Shown: in pieces, positions 39,866-49,610 of the stretch
Layout: each line of letters starts with the position of its first letter
Position numbering within the stretch: position 1 is the stretch's first letter
IMG/VR virus record: IMGVR_UViG_3300030419_008000
Coordinates: 1-60,947 of that record
Origin: a virus
Taxonomy: Duplodnaviria; Caudoviricetes
Reading direction: 5' to 3' (one strand)
DNA length: 60,947 nucleotides
The notes under the pieces: generated by a model
The model's database searches: none
What the model saw: the letters and a program-made list of their open reading frames with translations, nothing else
What the model was told of the DNA's origin: nothing
Made by a program: the position numbers and the translations under genes

Positions 39866-40125
39866 GATTCATATGTAACAGATTTTAATCTCTGTTTCTC
39901 TTTTTCAACTTCTTGCTTTGTTTGTTCGATATGAGAGCGCACTACATCGCCTACCTTATGATCATCTTTTTTCTTAATTGTAGAAAAGCTGATGGTCAGT
40001 GCTGGTATTCGATTTAGTGAACCACTCGTATCGCATTGCGCGCAATCAACCAATTTATCTTTTATTGAATGATAAATTTCGAACTGATCGCCGCAATCGA
40101 TGCATTCATATGCATATTTTGGCAT
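39862..40125 (-). CDS. FmdB-family zinc-ribbon protein
   Basis: MPKYAYECIDCGDQFE...CAQC...L.RI. Confidence 0.85.
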   Translation of the reverse strand: MPKYAYECIDCGDQFEIYHSIKDKLVDCAQCDTSGSLNRIPALTISFSTIKKKDDHKVGDVVRSHIEQTKQEVEKEKQRLKSVTYES

Positions 40126-40343
40126 TAAACCACTTCAACGTCTGGCGTGATTTCACCTTTTTCTTTCTGTTGGTTGAAATCCGTGTTTTTTAGCTGGACG
40201 GTAGGTGGGTTTTGTACCGTTAGCCCGTCAGATGTGCTTACAAAGTCGAACCCTTGCAACACTGGAACAATGTCAGATTGCTCCATAAGTGATTTTTGTA
40301 GGGCCATCATGATGGCTCCCATTGCTTGATTTGATAATTTCAT
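40125..40343 (-). CDS. hypothetical protein (72 aa)
   Basis: AGGAG SD; stop overlaps the FmdB start. Confidence 0.7.
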   Translation of the reverse strand: MKLSNQAMGAIMMALQKSLMEQSDIVPVLQGFDFVSTSDGLTVQNPPTVQLKNTDFNQQKEKGEITPDVEVV

Positions 40344-40388
40344 TTTTTCTCCTTTATTTAAATGTTATTATAATTTAAAATTGCTTTC

Positions 40389-41345
40389 CTAGTCAACATC
40401 GCGATATGCATAAATCATACGGGATTCTTTATCTTTCTGTATTTTTGTTACCCAAACATTACGAAAAGAGTCAAGATATTTAAATATATCATGAAAATAT
40501 CTATCTTTTTCCGGTGAAACATGCAACTCCATTGTAATACAATTGATTCTTTCTAATAAATTTTCTTTTTTAGCTAATTCCAAAATAGCATATTCAGCTC
40601 CTTCACAATCCATTTTTAATATATCAATAGTTGATATATCATTTTTCTCAAAAATTTCTCCCAAAGTTAACGAAGGTAGGGTGTTGTTCTGTGTAGTTTC
40701 AGAATCAGACCATCTCACTTGTATCCCGCCCGTGTTTGTACCATGACTTTTTTGACAAAATAAAAAATCACTAGGCATTCGATCTCCTCTGATTATCGCA
40801 TTTGTTGCAGTTATGTTATCAAAACGACTAGTGTTTATGTCCAGCAGTTGATAATTTTCCGCAAATGCTTCAAAAGAATATATCTTGGCATCAGGAAATT
40901 TAATGGCGGCCAGCACGCTGTACGATCCAATATGCGCCCCAATATCAACTATAGTTAGCGGTGTTAACTTTCCAGAAGAATCGGAGCCATGTTCAAACTT
41001 ACATCTAGTGAGTGCTGACATATAGTCACAAATTTGACCACCTAGTCCATACGGATCTTCTCGAAATATTTCTCCTACAATAAGACAATCATGTGTATGT
41101 GGACGGAACCAACATAAACAATTATCTATTGCAACTCCAGAAGAGTCTGATGCGATTCCAGGAAAAAGACCTTTTTCTATCGCGGTGGCAATCGACGCAT
41201 CGCTAAATGGATTAGCAAGTTTAGAATTGTGAGCAATCGCATTTTTAATATGCTTGCCTCGAAACTCTTCATCATTTGTATAATCATCGAAAAACGTCTT
41301 TAATCCTTCAAATGTCTTGCCCCAAGTTCTTCCTCGCTTAACCAT
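40389..41345 (-). CDS. FkbM-family SAM-dependent methyltransferase
   Basis: IVDIGAHIG, YSFEA and IDILKMDCEGAEY. Confidence 0.88.
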   Translation of the reverse strand: MVKRGRTWGKTFEGLKTFFDDYTNDEEFRGKHIKNAIAHNSKLANPFSDASIATAIEKGLFPGIASDSSGVAIDNCLCWFRPHTHDCLIVGEIFREDPYGLGGQICDYMSALTRCKFEHGSDSSGKLTPLTIVDIGAHIGSYSVLAAIKFPDAKIYSFEAFAENYQLLDINTSRFDNITATNAIIRGDRMPSDFLFCQKSHGTNTGGIQVRWSDSETTQNNTLPSLTLGEIFEKNDISTIDILKMDCEGAEYAILELAKKENLLERINCITMELHVSPEKDRYFHDIFKYLDSFRNVWVTKIQKDKESRMIYAYRDVD

Positions 41346-41346
41346 A

Positions 41347-41649
41347 TTATGCGCTCCTAAAAAACGTTAATGCATTAACGTTTTTATCATCAATGAACAA
41401 ATCATAAATTGGTTTGCCAAACTTCAATTCGTGATGTTTGACGCCCCAAGATTTAAATTGGTCTTTTGTAGTTTCAGACCAGTCAATTCCTGTTCCTGAG
41501 CCTCTTGCTGTCCAATAAACGATTGTGTTGCCCTCATCATACAGTTTATTAATTTTTTCAATGTTTTCAACAATTGGCACAGCTAGAGAATAATTCCTAT
41601 CCTCTGGCAAAACGCAAATTGTTTCATCAATATCTACATAGATTATCAT
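41347..41649 (-). CDS. small cap-less HAD phosphatase (capsule-biosynthesis type)
   Basis: IYVDIDETI (DxD), WTARG, GKP and FIDDK. Confidence 0.85.
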   Translation of the reverse strand: MIIYVDIDETICVLPEDRNYSLAVPIVENIEKINKLYDEGNTIVYWTARGSGTGIDWSETTKDQFKSWGVKHHELKFGKPIYDLFIDDKNVNALTFFRSA

Positions 41650-41651
41650 TT

Positions 41652-42518
41652 TTATACCTTTATTAAAAAATCAGCCAGCGGTCTTTTCCAAGCTGGTAAG
41701 CTGTCAACCCTAGATTGTTCAACATAAAATCGATTTTTTGCTGTGCGGACATCGCCACCTTCAATCTCTGGGTGGATTAGAAAATTGATCGTGAACATTG
41801 TACGCTCTCCTTCCTCGATCTTTAATCCTTTGTGAAAACCATTCGTTGTTGCAATCAGTAGGTCACCGTAGTTAGCAGTTAAGTGCTTAATTCTATCTTT
41901 GCCATATACTTTTTCAATTTCGCTATCAGGCCATCGATGGTATTTAAACCAATGAGGATTGATTGGTAATTCTCTGTTACTGCCTTCAACATATGTAAAA
42001 GGCCCATTCTTGAGACCAACATCATTCAAATATACAAAAAACTTTAAGATTTTAACCGGACTGTTAAAATCTTTGTGAAACATATTTGTTCCCGATGGGG
42101 GGTTGTGCGTCACAAAACTCTTCCTTAAATTGCATGTTCCAAGGCCGGGCAAGCAATTGAAAAATGCAGATGCAATATTGACAATTCTGTCATCAGTTGC
42201 TATATCAAATGCCATTTTAGTGTTTAAGTAGGGCTCATTAATCTGAACATGGTTGTCATTCTGCACCAGTCTAGTGTTAATCTTTTCATCGAAGTAGGTA
42301 GCTACCTCTGATTTGAATTTGTCTAACATGTTTAAATCAAAGAAATTTTCAATCTTGCTATGTCCGTTGTTTTTAACTTCATCGGCAATTTTTTTATATT
42401 CATCTTTAATAACATATTCATACATGCCGCGTCGACGCAAACAATTATCATTATAAAAATCAACAGCTGTAACACCGCCACGATAAAATTGTGAATTGTT
42501 GGGTTTATAAAAATTCAT
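41652..42518 (-). CDS. PhyH-like 2OG-Fe(II) dioxygenase
   Basis: FHKDF (HxD), KFFVYLNDV...GPF.YVEGS, and distal GFHKG...R. Confidence 0.85.
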   Translation of the reverse strand: MNFYKPNNSQFYRGGVTAVDFYNDNCLRRRGMYEYVIKDEYKKIADEVKNNGHSKIENFFDLNMLDKFKSEVATYFDEKINTRLVQNDNHVQINEPYLNTKMAFDIATDDRIVNIASAFFNCLPGLGTCNLRKSFVTHNPPSGTNMFHKDFNSPVKILKFFVYLNDVGLKNGPFTYVEGSNRELPINPHWFKYHRWPDSEIEKVYGKDRIKHLTANYGDLLIATTNGFHKGLKIEEGERTMFTINFLIHPEIEGGDVRTAKNRFYVEQSRVDSLPAWKRPLADFLIKV

Positions 42519-43498
42519 TTATTTTCCAATGGAAATAGTTGTCTTGATATGTCCGTCGTCATATTAATTGGGTGACCTTCTCCTAAGTTTTGAAACTTTG
42601 TATTTTTACCAATGTCGTTTAAAAGGTAATCCCACAACACATTGTGGTGTCTCAAATATAAATTATAATTGCAAGTGCCCTTGCGTTTTTTATTCGTTTC
42701 AAAAGAGTGGCTAGTTTCGTCTCCGACCTTTTCTTGGCGCGACATACCGTCCATACCAACCACGTCAACTTGTTTTGCTCCAAATAAAGTTGCCATACAC
42801 AGCAGCCTAGGTACGCTTCCAATTTTTCCTCTATACCTTGTATGAGAAAACATGGCATTTTCTGCGTGTGTATTAAAAAAGGTATCAAAATTTTCTTTTT
42901 GGTTGTCTGTGAACCTGTCTTCAAAACAAATTAATGTGTTATTGTCTTTAATATATTTATAAAATTCGGTGTTTGCTTCGCTTAAATCCACCTCTGTGAC
43001 TACAGTGGCCAAAGACACCTTCGTGTCTTTTAGTTTCTCGTTTAAGTAAAAGTGATTACAAGACCATACAAAGTCGTAATCTTCGGGGCGCCAATTAACC
43101 GTCAGAGTTGAGGGGCCACCGCCGACTATTAAAATTTTTGAATCTTTGAAAGATTCCACCATTTTGTGATTAGAGTATATTATCTCCTTGTTCATAATAG
43201 GAGAGTCTTTTACAAAACCATCATAGTATTGTAGCAAATAATCTATGTTCCACCTATTGTTATTGATGAAATTGTCTCGATCAGAAATAAAGTAAGAATT
43301 TCGACTTGAAGAATTGAACCACGTTTGCTCTACCCCATAGCATACCCCATCCTCATTGTCGTACCATACATTTTTTTCCGGATGTTTCTGGATGTGATTT
43401 GTATATCTCATAAAAGCCGGCATCATTTTTTGGTCGAAATCTTCAGTGTAATCTTCTCTGTCTTGATCAAACACCAAGGTGCTATTATTCCAATTCAT
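42515..43498 (-). CDS. MAF/Cst-like putative nonulosonate (sialyl-type) transferase, paralog A
   Basis: KILIVGGGPS...VWSCNHF...GAKQVDVVGMDG...HSF Rossmann pattern of the MAF_flag10/GT42-like fold. Confidence 0.62.
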   Translation of the reverse strand: MNWNNSTLVFDQDREDYTEDFDQKMMPAFMRYTNHIQKHPEKNVWYDNEDGVCYGVEQTWFNSSSRNSYFISDRDNFINNNRWNIDYLLQYYDGFVKDSPIMNKEIIYSNHKMVESFKDSKILIVGGGPSTLTVNWRPEDYDFVWSCNHFYLNEKLKDTKVSLATVVTEVDLSEANTEFYKYIKDNNTLICFEDRFTDNQKENFDTFFNTHAENAMFSHTRYRGKIGSVPRLLCMATLFGAKQVDVVGMDGMSRQEKVGDETSHSFETNKKRKGTCNYNLYLRHHNVLWDYLLNDIGKNTKFQNLGEGHPINMTTDISRQLFPLENK

Positions 43499-43500
43499 AT

Positions 43501-44169
43501 TTATTCCTCAATTTCAGCCATCTTAATTAGCAATTTTTTTCCATCGCTTGTTCGAATATAAGCATTAGGGTATGGATCTTCTAACATTCTAATCTTATTA
43601 TATAGGAATTCTGCTGATTTATTTAGTATTTCTTCAACAGTTATCTCACTTTCTTTTGGAGTCCTTCTTTTATAATATGTTGCAGCATCGTGATCCTGCT
43701 CATATGGGGTCGCAAAAGGAGCATGCGGTGAATCAATCAACCTCATTGTTAAATTTGTGCCAACAAACGTAAGTCTATCAAAAATGTCTTGTATGTGGCC
43801 TCTTAGTGACAGATCGCCTTTAGCCAAAATCTGACCAGCATCATATCCTTCGTTTATAACGAATAATGTGACTTTTGAATCGAGCACTCCGTTGATGATT
43901 TGATTTTGAATTGGAGATCCGCCCCTGAATTTTGGCAAGTCAGACGGATGCAACATAACAGACATATAATTTGCATATATATCCTCCTCTATTTTCCAAC
44001 TCCATCCATAAAAAAGCACCAGCTCTGGATTAAAATCTATTATCTTTTGTTTATCGTAAGCTGCTTTTGAAGAAATTATCAAAAAATCATGATCGGTATA
44101 TTTTTCCAAAAAATGATATATTTTTAAAGCCCAATCTCTATATCCAACGCATGCAATTTTCATATACAT
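43501..44169 (-). CDS. sugar N-formyltransferase (Fmt-like)
   Basis: LHPSDLPKFRGGSP, YDAGQI and IR.L..PYPNA. Confidence 0.85.
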   Translation of the reverse strand: MYMKIACVGYRDWALKIYHFLEKYTDHDFLIISSKAAYDKQKIIDFNPELVLFYGWSWKIEEDIYANYMSVMLHPSDLPKFRGGSPIQNQIINGVLDSKVTLFVINEGYDAGQILAKGDLSLRGHIQDIFDRLTFVGTNLTMRLIDSPHAPFATPYEQDHDAATYYKRRTPKESEITVEEILNKSAEFLYNKIRMLEDPYPNAYIRTSDGKKLLIKMAEIEE

Positions 44170-44831
44170 ATCCTCATAATCTGAAAAGCTTCAGCATATT
44201 TATAACCAGCTTGCATGCCTCTCATTTTAGCCAACGTAGTAATTCCCTCATCGCTTCTAGGATAGGGCCACTCTTTACACTCTGTGTAGTATTCCTGTGT
44301 ATTTTGGCATTTGCTTTTTACGTCTGTTTCTGACAATTCATAAAAAGCATTTGGGCAAAAGGATTTGTTAAAATTCCACTCTGTGCTGCTCAACACCTCA
44401 TAGCATAATACAATTTCAACAAATGAAGAATACGGTCGGGTTGCAATAATTGTTGCGTCATGAACTTTTCTGTGGTCAATATTGGCGTCATTGGCCCAAT
44501 GTGTAAACACCGCATCAGGTCGAAAATCTTGAATCTCTTGTTCAATAATTTTGTTTATCATAATTTGTGGAACTTGATCCAATCTTCCACACGGCAAATC
44601 ATAGAACGATGTTGGAATTGTACCAAGTGCTCTTAGTGCGGAGTTTTTTCGAATTTGCATATTTTTTTCGATTTCCTGCTCATGGGCAGCAGGATTTGCA
44701 TATCGACACGAAGTGCCTTCAGATATAAAAACAACTTTAAACTCTGTAGAATCTGAAAACCTACTTATTACACCTCCACAACCAAGCGTTTCATCGTCAG
44801 GATGTGCTGCAATGATCAGTGCTCTTCTCAC
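44160..44831 (-). CDS. PIG-L/LmbE-family N-acetyl sugar deacetylase
   Basis: AAHPDDETLGCGG, THW..D.NIDH and RG...G..YAEAF. Confidence 0.88.
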   Translation of the reverse strand: MRRALIIAAHPDDETLGCGGVISRFSDSTEFKVVFISEGTSCRYANPAAHEQEIEKNMQIRKNSALRALGTIPTSFYDLPCGRLDQVPQIMINKIIEQEIQDFRPDAVFTHWANDANIDHRKVHDATIIATRPYSSFVEIVLCYEVLSSTEWNFNKSFCPNAFYELSETDVKSKCQNTQEYYTECKEWPYPRSDEGITTLAKMRGMQAGYKYAEAFQIMRICI

Positions 44832-45357
44832 AAGACCACTCCTCCTTCAACAAAGACAAAATATAAGAATTGTAATATTTTCCATTGTAATAATAGTGTT
44901 TTCTAAGGCAAGCGTCAATTTTAAAACCCGCATTTTCAAAAAAACGTTTCTTTTTTATATCAATTTCATATATTTCTGCCCAAATTTTATTCATATTTAA
45001 AAAATTGAAGCCGCGTTGTAACATAAGATTCAAAGCGTTTGGAGCATAATCATCATCAATCCAGGCGGATTCGTGGCCGATATAAAAATGTAGATCACAA
45101 TGACGATTTAACCAATCGATATATGTAAAACCAGCAGCTCCAACTGCTTGGGCAGCATTATTAACAATCATAAACATTTCAAACCTATTGTCTGAAATCA
45201 TCTTGTTGTACCAATCTTCCTTTTGCGTCATTGAAAAATCTCTATATTCTCTAAAATAGCAACGTAATTTTTCATTGTTTCGCCATTTTTGTAAGATTGG
45301 CAAATCAGATTTTTCAATTGCTCGAATAGCTATGTTTCTATACTTTACCATCGCCAC
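44797..45357 (-). CDS. GNAT N-acyltransferase, RimJ/PseH-like
   Basis: IRAIEKSDL..L.KWRN, F..LNMNKIWAE...F....GFK.DA.LR. Located next to neuB. Confidence 0.82.
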   Translation of the reverse strand: MAMVKYRNIAIRAIEKSDLPILQKWRNNEKLRCYFREYRDFSMTQKEDWYNKMISDNRFEMFMIVNNAAQAVGAAGFTYIDWLNRHCDLHFYIGHESAWIDDDYAPNALNLMLQRGFNFLNMNKIWAEIYEIDIKKKRFFENAGFKIDACLRKHYYYNGKYYNSYILSLLKEEWSCEKSTDHCSTS

Positions 45358-46418
45358 TCAATATGCTCTTTTCTTAAGTAATCGCCAGATGTGATAGACT
45401 TATTAACCACTAGTCCCACAATTTTGTCAACCTCATTAATTGATATGGCATCTTCTGGGCATGGCCTTTGGAATTGTACGGATGTCTTTTGTATCAAGTC
45501 TCCAGGTTCCAGATCTTCTGTCACTCTAATTGCTCTACGTTGAAGAACTACTGTTTCTTTTTCATTTTCTTGCACTTCTTTTGTGCCATGACCAAGAGAC
45601 GACTCAAGCAATCTGACATCATCCACCATGGCGCGCCAAGTTGTCGGGTCCATGGAAAACGGGTGGTCCGGTCCGGGCCGGGAAGTATCGTCTGTAAAGT
45701 GCTTTTCAACAACTCTCGCACCTAAAGCAACAGCACCCAAAACTGTCACATGGCCCAAAGTATGATCGCTAAGACCAAGGACAACATTTGGAAACATTGC
45801 AGCATATGTCTTTAACACGTTTAAATTAATGTATTTGAAGTTTTCTTTTTCAGCAGTGTAATTTGTGTTACATTGCATCAAAACAATTTTATCATTATGC
45901 GGTCTAACTACTTCCATCGCTCTTTGGACTTCGCCAATTGTTCCAGCGCCAGTGGCTATAAGAGTTGGTTTGTTTGTCTTCGCAACTTTTTCTAACATGG
46001 CCTCCCAGGCTAAATCTCCGCTGCCAATTTTAAATGCCGGCACAAACTTATTTAAATGGTCTACAATATCTAAATCATATGGAGTAGAAAAAAAAGTTAT
46101 ATTACGCGCTTGGCAAAATTGTCTCAATTCAGCGGTCCAGCTTAGTGGAACTTCCGCGTCTTTATAAACTTCATAGATTGTCTTGTCCCAAGAGGACTGG
46201 TGACTGAACTTGCCTCCTAAACTTTTAAAACCAAAATCACTAACATACTTTGTTACATCATGGTGTTGAAATTTGACCGCGTTTGCGCCAGCATCATGAG
46301 CAAGCTCGATCAATTTTTTGGCGCGGTCTATATCGCCATCGTGATTTGCGGCTATGTCAGCTATAAAGTAAGTTTTAGAATCCTTGCTTATAATGTCATC
46401 ATTAATTTTTATAATCAT
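45345..46418 (-). CDS. neuB: nonulosonic acid synthase (NeuB/PseI/SpsE family) with C-terminal SAF/antifreeze-like domain
   Basis: IADIAANHDGD, AVKFQ, FSTPYD, FKIGSGD, GLSDHT, VEKHFT, DHPFS; C-terminal RRAI...DL.PGD...RP. Confidence 0.92.
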   Translation of the reverse strand: MIIKINDDIISKDSKTYFIADIAANHDGDIDRAKKLIELAHDAGANAVKFQHHDVTKYVSDFGFKSLGGKFSHQSSWDKTIYEVYKDAEVPLSWTAELRQFCQARNITFFSTPYDLDIVDHLNKFVPAFKIGSGDLAWEAMLEKVAKTNKPTLIATGAGTIGEVQRAMEVVRPHNDKIVLMQCNTNYTAEKENFKYINLNVLKTYAAMFPNVVLGLSDHTLGHVTVLGAVALGARVVEKHFTDDTSRPGPDHPFSMDPTTWRAMVDDVRLLESSLGHGTKEVQENEKETVVLQRRAIRVTEDLEPGDLIQKTSVQFQRPCPEDAISINEVDKIVGLVVNKSITSGDYLRKEHIEWRW

Positions 46419-47148
46419 TTTTAATTAACTCCATTCCTTTATTAAGTGGAAAAACTTTGTCTGGATTTTCTAATACAAGATCCTGCTCCCATGGCAATGT
46501 AATTGGAAATATCAAAGAAGAGTCGAGATCTGTTACTTCAGCAACCTCTTTTAAAAATTGATATTTGCTTAATGTTCTATCGCCAGAGACAGTAAGTGTT
46601 TGTTTTTGCGTTTTATGTTTCAAATTTTCGTAAATCCAAGAAGACAATTGATCAACATGTATAGGATTAAAAAAAACATTTTCGTATCCATTAATTTGTT
46701 GCCCCTGTTTTAAGTTCTGATAAGCCCAATCAACTAAATTTGACGGACCATAAATATTTGTTCTTATAACAATGTTGTTTGCCTTTTTGAGTGCAACGTG
46801 TTCTCCTAATTTTTTTGTCTCAAAATATTCATTCGGAAAATATTCATTTTTTTCCCAAATTGGTACCGTAGATATATAAGCCAGTCGATCACAGTGCTTA
46901 GACAAAACATCAACAATTGATGCATGTAGTATTATAGCCTTATCAATATTATTTTTGCAATAATTTAAATCAGTAAAGGCCGCAGAATGTATAATTGTAG
47001 AGTAATATCTACCCTTTAACCAATTTTGAGTTTTATCAATATCAGAAAGATCAAGCTGTGAACGGCCGGAAATAACGTCAGCATCATCGTACAATTTGTT
47101 CAAAGATTTTCCAAGCATGCCAGAGGCGCCTGTTATTAATACGCTCAT
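46402..47148 (-). CDS. RmlD-like NDP-4-keto-sugar reductase (SDR)
   Basis: VLITGASGMLG, IHSAAFT, YIST, YFETK (YxxxK) and IRTNIYG. Confidence 0.8.
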   Translation of the reverse strand: MSVLITGASGMLGKSLNKLYDDADVISGRSQLDLSDIDKTQNWLKGRYYSTIIHSAAFTDLNYCKNNIDKAIILHASIVDVLSKHCDRLAYISTVPIWEKNEYFPNEYFETKKLGEHVALKKANNIVIRTNIYGPSNLVDWAYQNLKQGQQINGYENVFFNPIHVDQLSSWIYENLKHKTQKQTLTVSGDRTLSKYQFLKEVAEVTDLDSSLIFPITLPWEQDLVLENPDKVFPLNKGMELIKNDYKN

Positions 47149-47152
47149 TTGT

Positions 47153-47944
47153 CTATAATTGATGAAGGTGGAAGCTGTAAAAATTAGGATTTTCGAAACT
47201 TATTTTGATATTTCTAGATCGGAAATAATTTCTATAAAAACCTACCATTGATTTAAAAGTAGTCTTGTATTCTTCATAACCCTCTGTATTGTTCATAGGA
47301 TACGCTTTTCCAAATCGACCTATATCAAAATCGCCGAAACCAACACAGTGAATCTTGTCTATGCCCGGTGAACCAGGAGCTTGAAAATGATTCAAAACCA
47401 AAGGAAGCAGTACATGAGTAAATTTATCAGGATTAACAGTCTTTCCAGAGCTTCCTCGGCCTGTTTTGACAATGCCCGTAAATAAATAGCATTGCTCTTC
47501 TATTTTGTATCTTCCATCGTGCTCATTTGATCGATACAAGTGTATATCGATTTTGGTTGACGGATGTTTATAAACTCTATTATAGTATTTGTCAAAGTTA
47601 TCAATTAGATCAAACACTTTCTTACAAAGAGCTACTTTGTTAGTCAGCTTTCTACTGGTGAATCCCATTCTGTGATATATTTTAAAATCGCTAGCGTATA
47701 AATTGTGGATCAACAAATTTATATTTTTAAAGTACTCCGGATCATTTTTGTACAAGTAGTATTGTAATCCCAAAGTGAACGGATCAAAAAAACAATAGTA
47801 ATCAGGAGCAAAACCAATTTCATGCAAATACGGTAATGAACCAGAATAAGATACTATCTTATAATTCTCTTTCTTTTTCTGATTATAGTAGTCAATATCA
47901 TAATCTTCGATCTTTTTCGATGGGCCCACCAAAAGAAGATTCAT
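47153..47944 (-). CDS. divergent MAF-like putative glycosyltransferase (263 aa)
   Basis: LLLVGPS, G..PDYY...D and IHCVGFGD echo the motifs of the other MAF-like domains in the cluster. Confidence 0.45.
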   Translation of the reverse strand: MNLLLVGPSKKIEDYDIDYYNQKKKENYKIVSYSGSLPYLHEIGFAPDYYCFFDPFTLGLQYYLYKNDPEYFKNINLLIHNLYASDFKIYHRMGFTSRKLTNKVALCKKVFDLIDNFDKYYNRVYKHPSTKIDIHLYRSNEHDGRYKIEEQCYLFTGIVKTGRGSSGKTVNPDKFTHVLLPLVLNHFQAPGSPGIDKIHCVGFGDFDIGRFGKAYPMNNTEGYEEYKTTFKSMVGFYRNYFRSRNIKISFENPNFYSFHLHQL

Positions 47945-48903
47945 TGGTTCAGTCCTACGATTATAAGCTGAGATAGTTTACCGGCGTCCTCCTCTAAGTG
48001 CAACGAAGAATTAAAATGATCGCCATGATATTTTACATCGTATGTGTGGGTTTTCTTAGTATATTGTGGCTTAACTACCAGTAGTGTATTGTTAACTTCA
48101 TAAGTAAACGGCAATTCAGTTTGCGCCAACATGTCTTCGTGTATCTTTTCGCCCGGGCGCATACCAATCAACTCATGGTCAACATGATCTACGTCACACA
48201 CCAGTTTCATCGCTGCAATGACCGTATTCATGCTGTAAGCGCTTATCTTGGGTATAAAGACTTCTCCCCCTTGGGCGCTTGATAAAGCGCCTAGAACGGT
48301 ATATACGGCGTCTTTTAGGGTAAATAAAAATCTACTACACTCCATAGAGGTAACCTTAATTGGTTCTTGGTTTTCGATAAGCCCTTTCCAGGCTGGTATA
48401 AAAGATCCTCTGCTGGCAATGACGTTACCATACCTAACGGAAGCAAAAATTGTACTATCAGAGTTGTAATCGAAATTTGTAAAAATTCGCTCTGCAATAA
48501 ATTTAGAGGAACCGTATACATTTACAGGTTGGCATGCTTTATCTGTTGATATTAAAATACACTTTTTAACATTTGAGCAAAGTGCAGCAATTGCAACATT
48601 TTCTGATCCCTTGATGTTTGTCTTAACACACTCGTCTGGATGAAATTCCATGTCGTCAACTCTTTTGAGCGCTGCGGTATGAATAACATAATCTGGTTTG
48701 TGAAGCAACATCGAAGTCTTAAGCTTTTCTATATCTCTAATATCACCTATAATTCTTGTAATCTCTGGATCATTGCCAAAATAAAGGGCCTGTTTTCCTT
48801 CATCGCGACTGTAAACAATAATTCGCCAACCCATTTGTTTGATGTGGTTGATTAGTGCACGACCCAACGAGCCGGTGCCACCGGTTATAAAAACAGTAGT
48901 CAT
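47941..48903 (-). CDS. UDP-GlcNAc 4,6-dehydratase (PseB/FlaA1/FnlA family)
   Basis: ITGGTGSLG, SRDEGKQ, HTAALK.V, ISTDKA..PVNVYGSSK, VRYGNVIASRGS and G.RPGEKIHE. Confidence 0.9.
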   Translation of the reverse strand: MTTVFITGGTGSLGRALINHIKQMGWRIIVYSRDEGKQALYFGNDPEITRIIGDIRDIEKLKTSMLLHKPDYVIHTAALKRVDDMEFHPDECVKTNIKGSENVAIAALCSNVKKCILISTDKACQPVNVYGSSKFIAERIFTNFDYNSDSTIFASVRYGNVIASRGSFIPAWKGLIENQEPIKVTSMECSRFLFTLKDAVYTVLGALSSAQGGEVFIPKISAYSMNTVIAAMKLVCDVDHVDHELIGMRPGEKIHEDMLAQTELPFTYEVNNTLLVVKPQYTKKTHTYDVKYHGDHFNSSLHLEEDAGKLSQLIIVGLNQ

Positions 48904-49610
48904 ATTAATTCCTGCGCTTTGAGTTGTATATACATTGCTTCATATGCTTGAAATTCCCATTCATAATCAACATCGAAAGCATCAGCTTCTGGCATCTCAA
49001 CTAGTTCGATATCACCTGGAACATTGAAATCTCCCATCCAGATACCGTGGCCAATTGTATCTAATCGACTAGCGTAAAGACAGTGAGCCGCTTCAAGCGT
49101 CTCCTCTACAGCCTTGGTGTTCATGCAAGGTTCACCTTCGGGCCACTCATTAATCATCTCGCCAGTAGAGTTCCAAAAGTAATTCTTCTTTGGCAACACT
49201 GCAAACATCCCATCAGATTCAGAATTCATGTACGATACAAAAAAATTATCAATTGTTTGAGTTCTCAACATTGGCGCACAAGCATTAACGAAGACAGTAT
49301 ACTTGAATGGTATCTTATCCCACCATTCGTACATATCTTTAATATGCGAGCCTTCGCCGCCATCCCAAAAAGCGGATTTTTTACTACGTTTAAAAACCTT
49401 AACGCCATGGCGCTCTCCAATTGCAACTAACTCAGGTTCATAAACAGAAAGCACAATGTTTTCTTTAGGAATAACTTTTGAATTCAAAAGTTTCTCTATA
49501 CATAAATCAGTTAACGTTGTATCCGCAAACGGTCTTATCATTTTGTTTGGGCAGCGCTGTGAGGACAGGCGCGCCTGTACAATAACGCATATATCATTGA
49601 TCGATTTCAT
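48900..49610 (-). CDS. neuA: CMP-nonulosonate synthetase (acylneuraminate cytidylyltransferase)
   Basis: IVQARLSSQRCPNKMIRPF, F.RS, ..PML and DVDYEWEF. Confidence 0.85.
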   Translation of the reverse strand: MKSINDICVIVQARLSSQRCPNKMIRPFADTTLTDLCIEKLLNSKVIPKENIVLSVYEPELVAIGERHGVKVFKRSKKSAFWDGGEGSHIKDMYEWWDKIPFKYTVFVNACAPMLRTQTIDNFFVSYMNSESDGMFAVLPKKNYFWNSTGEMINEWPEGEPCMNTKAVEETLEAAHCLYASRLDTIGHGIWMGDFNVPGDIELVEMPEADAFDVDYEWEFQAYEAMYIQLKAQELI

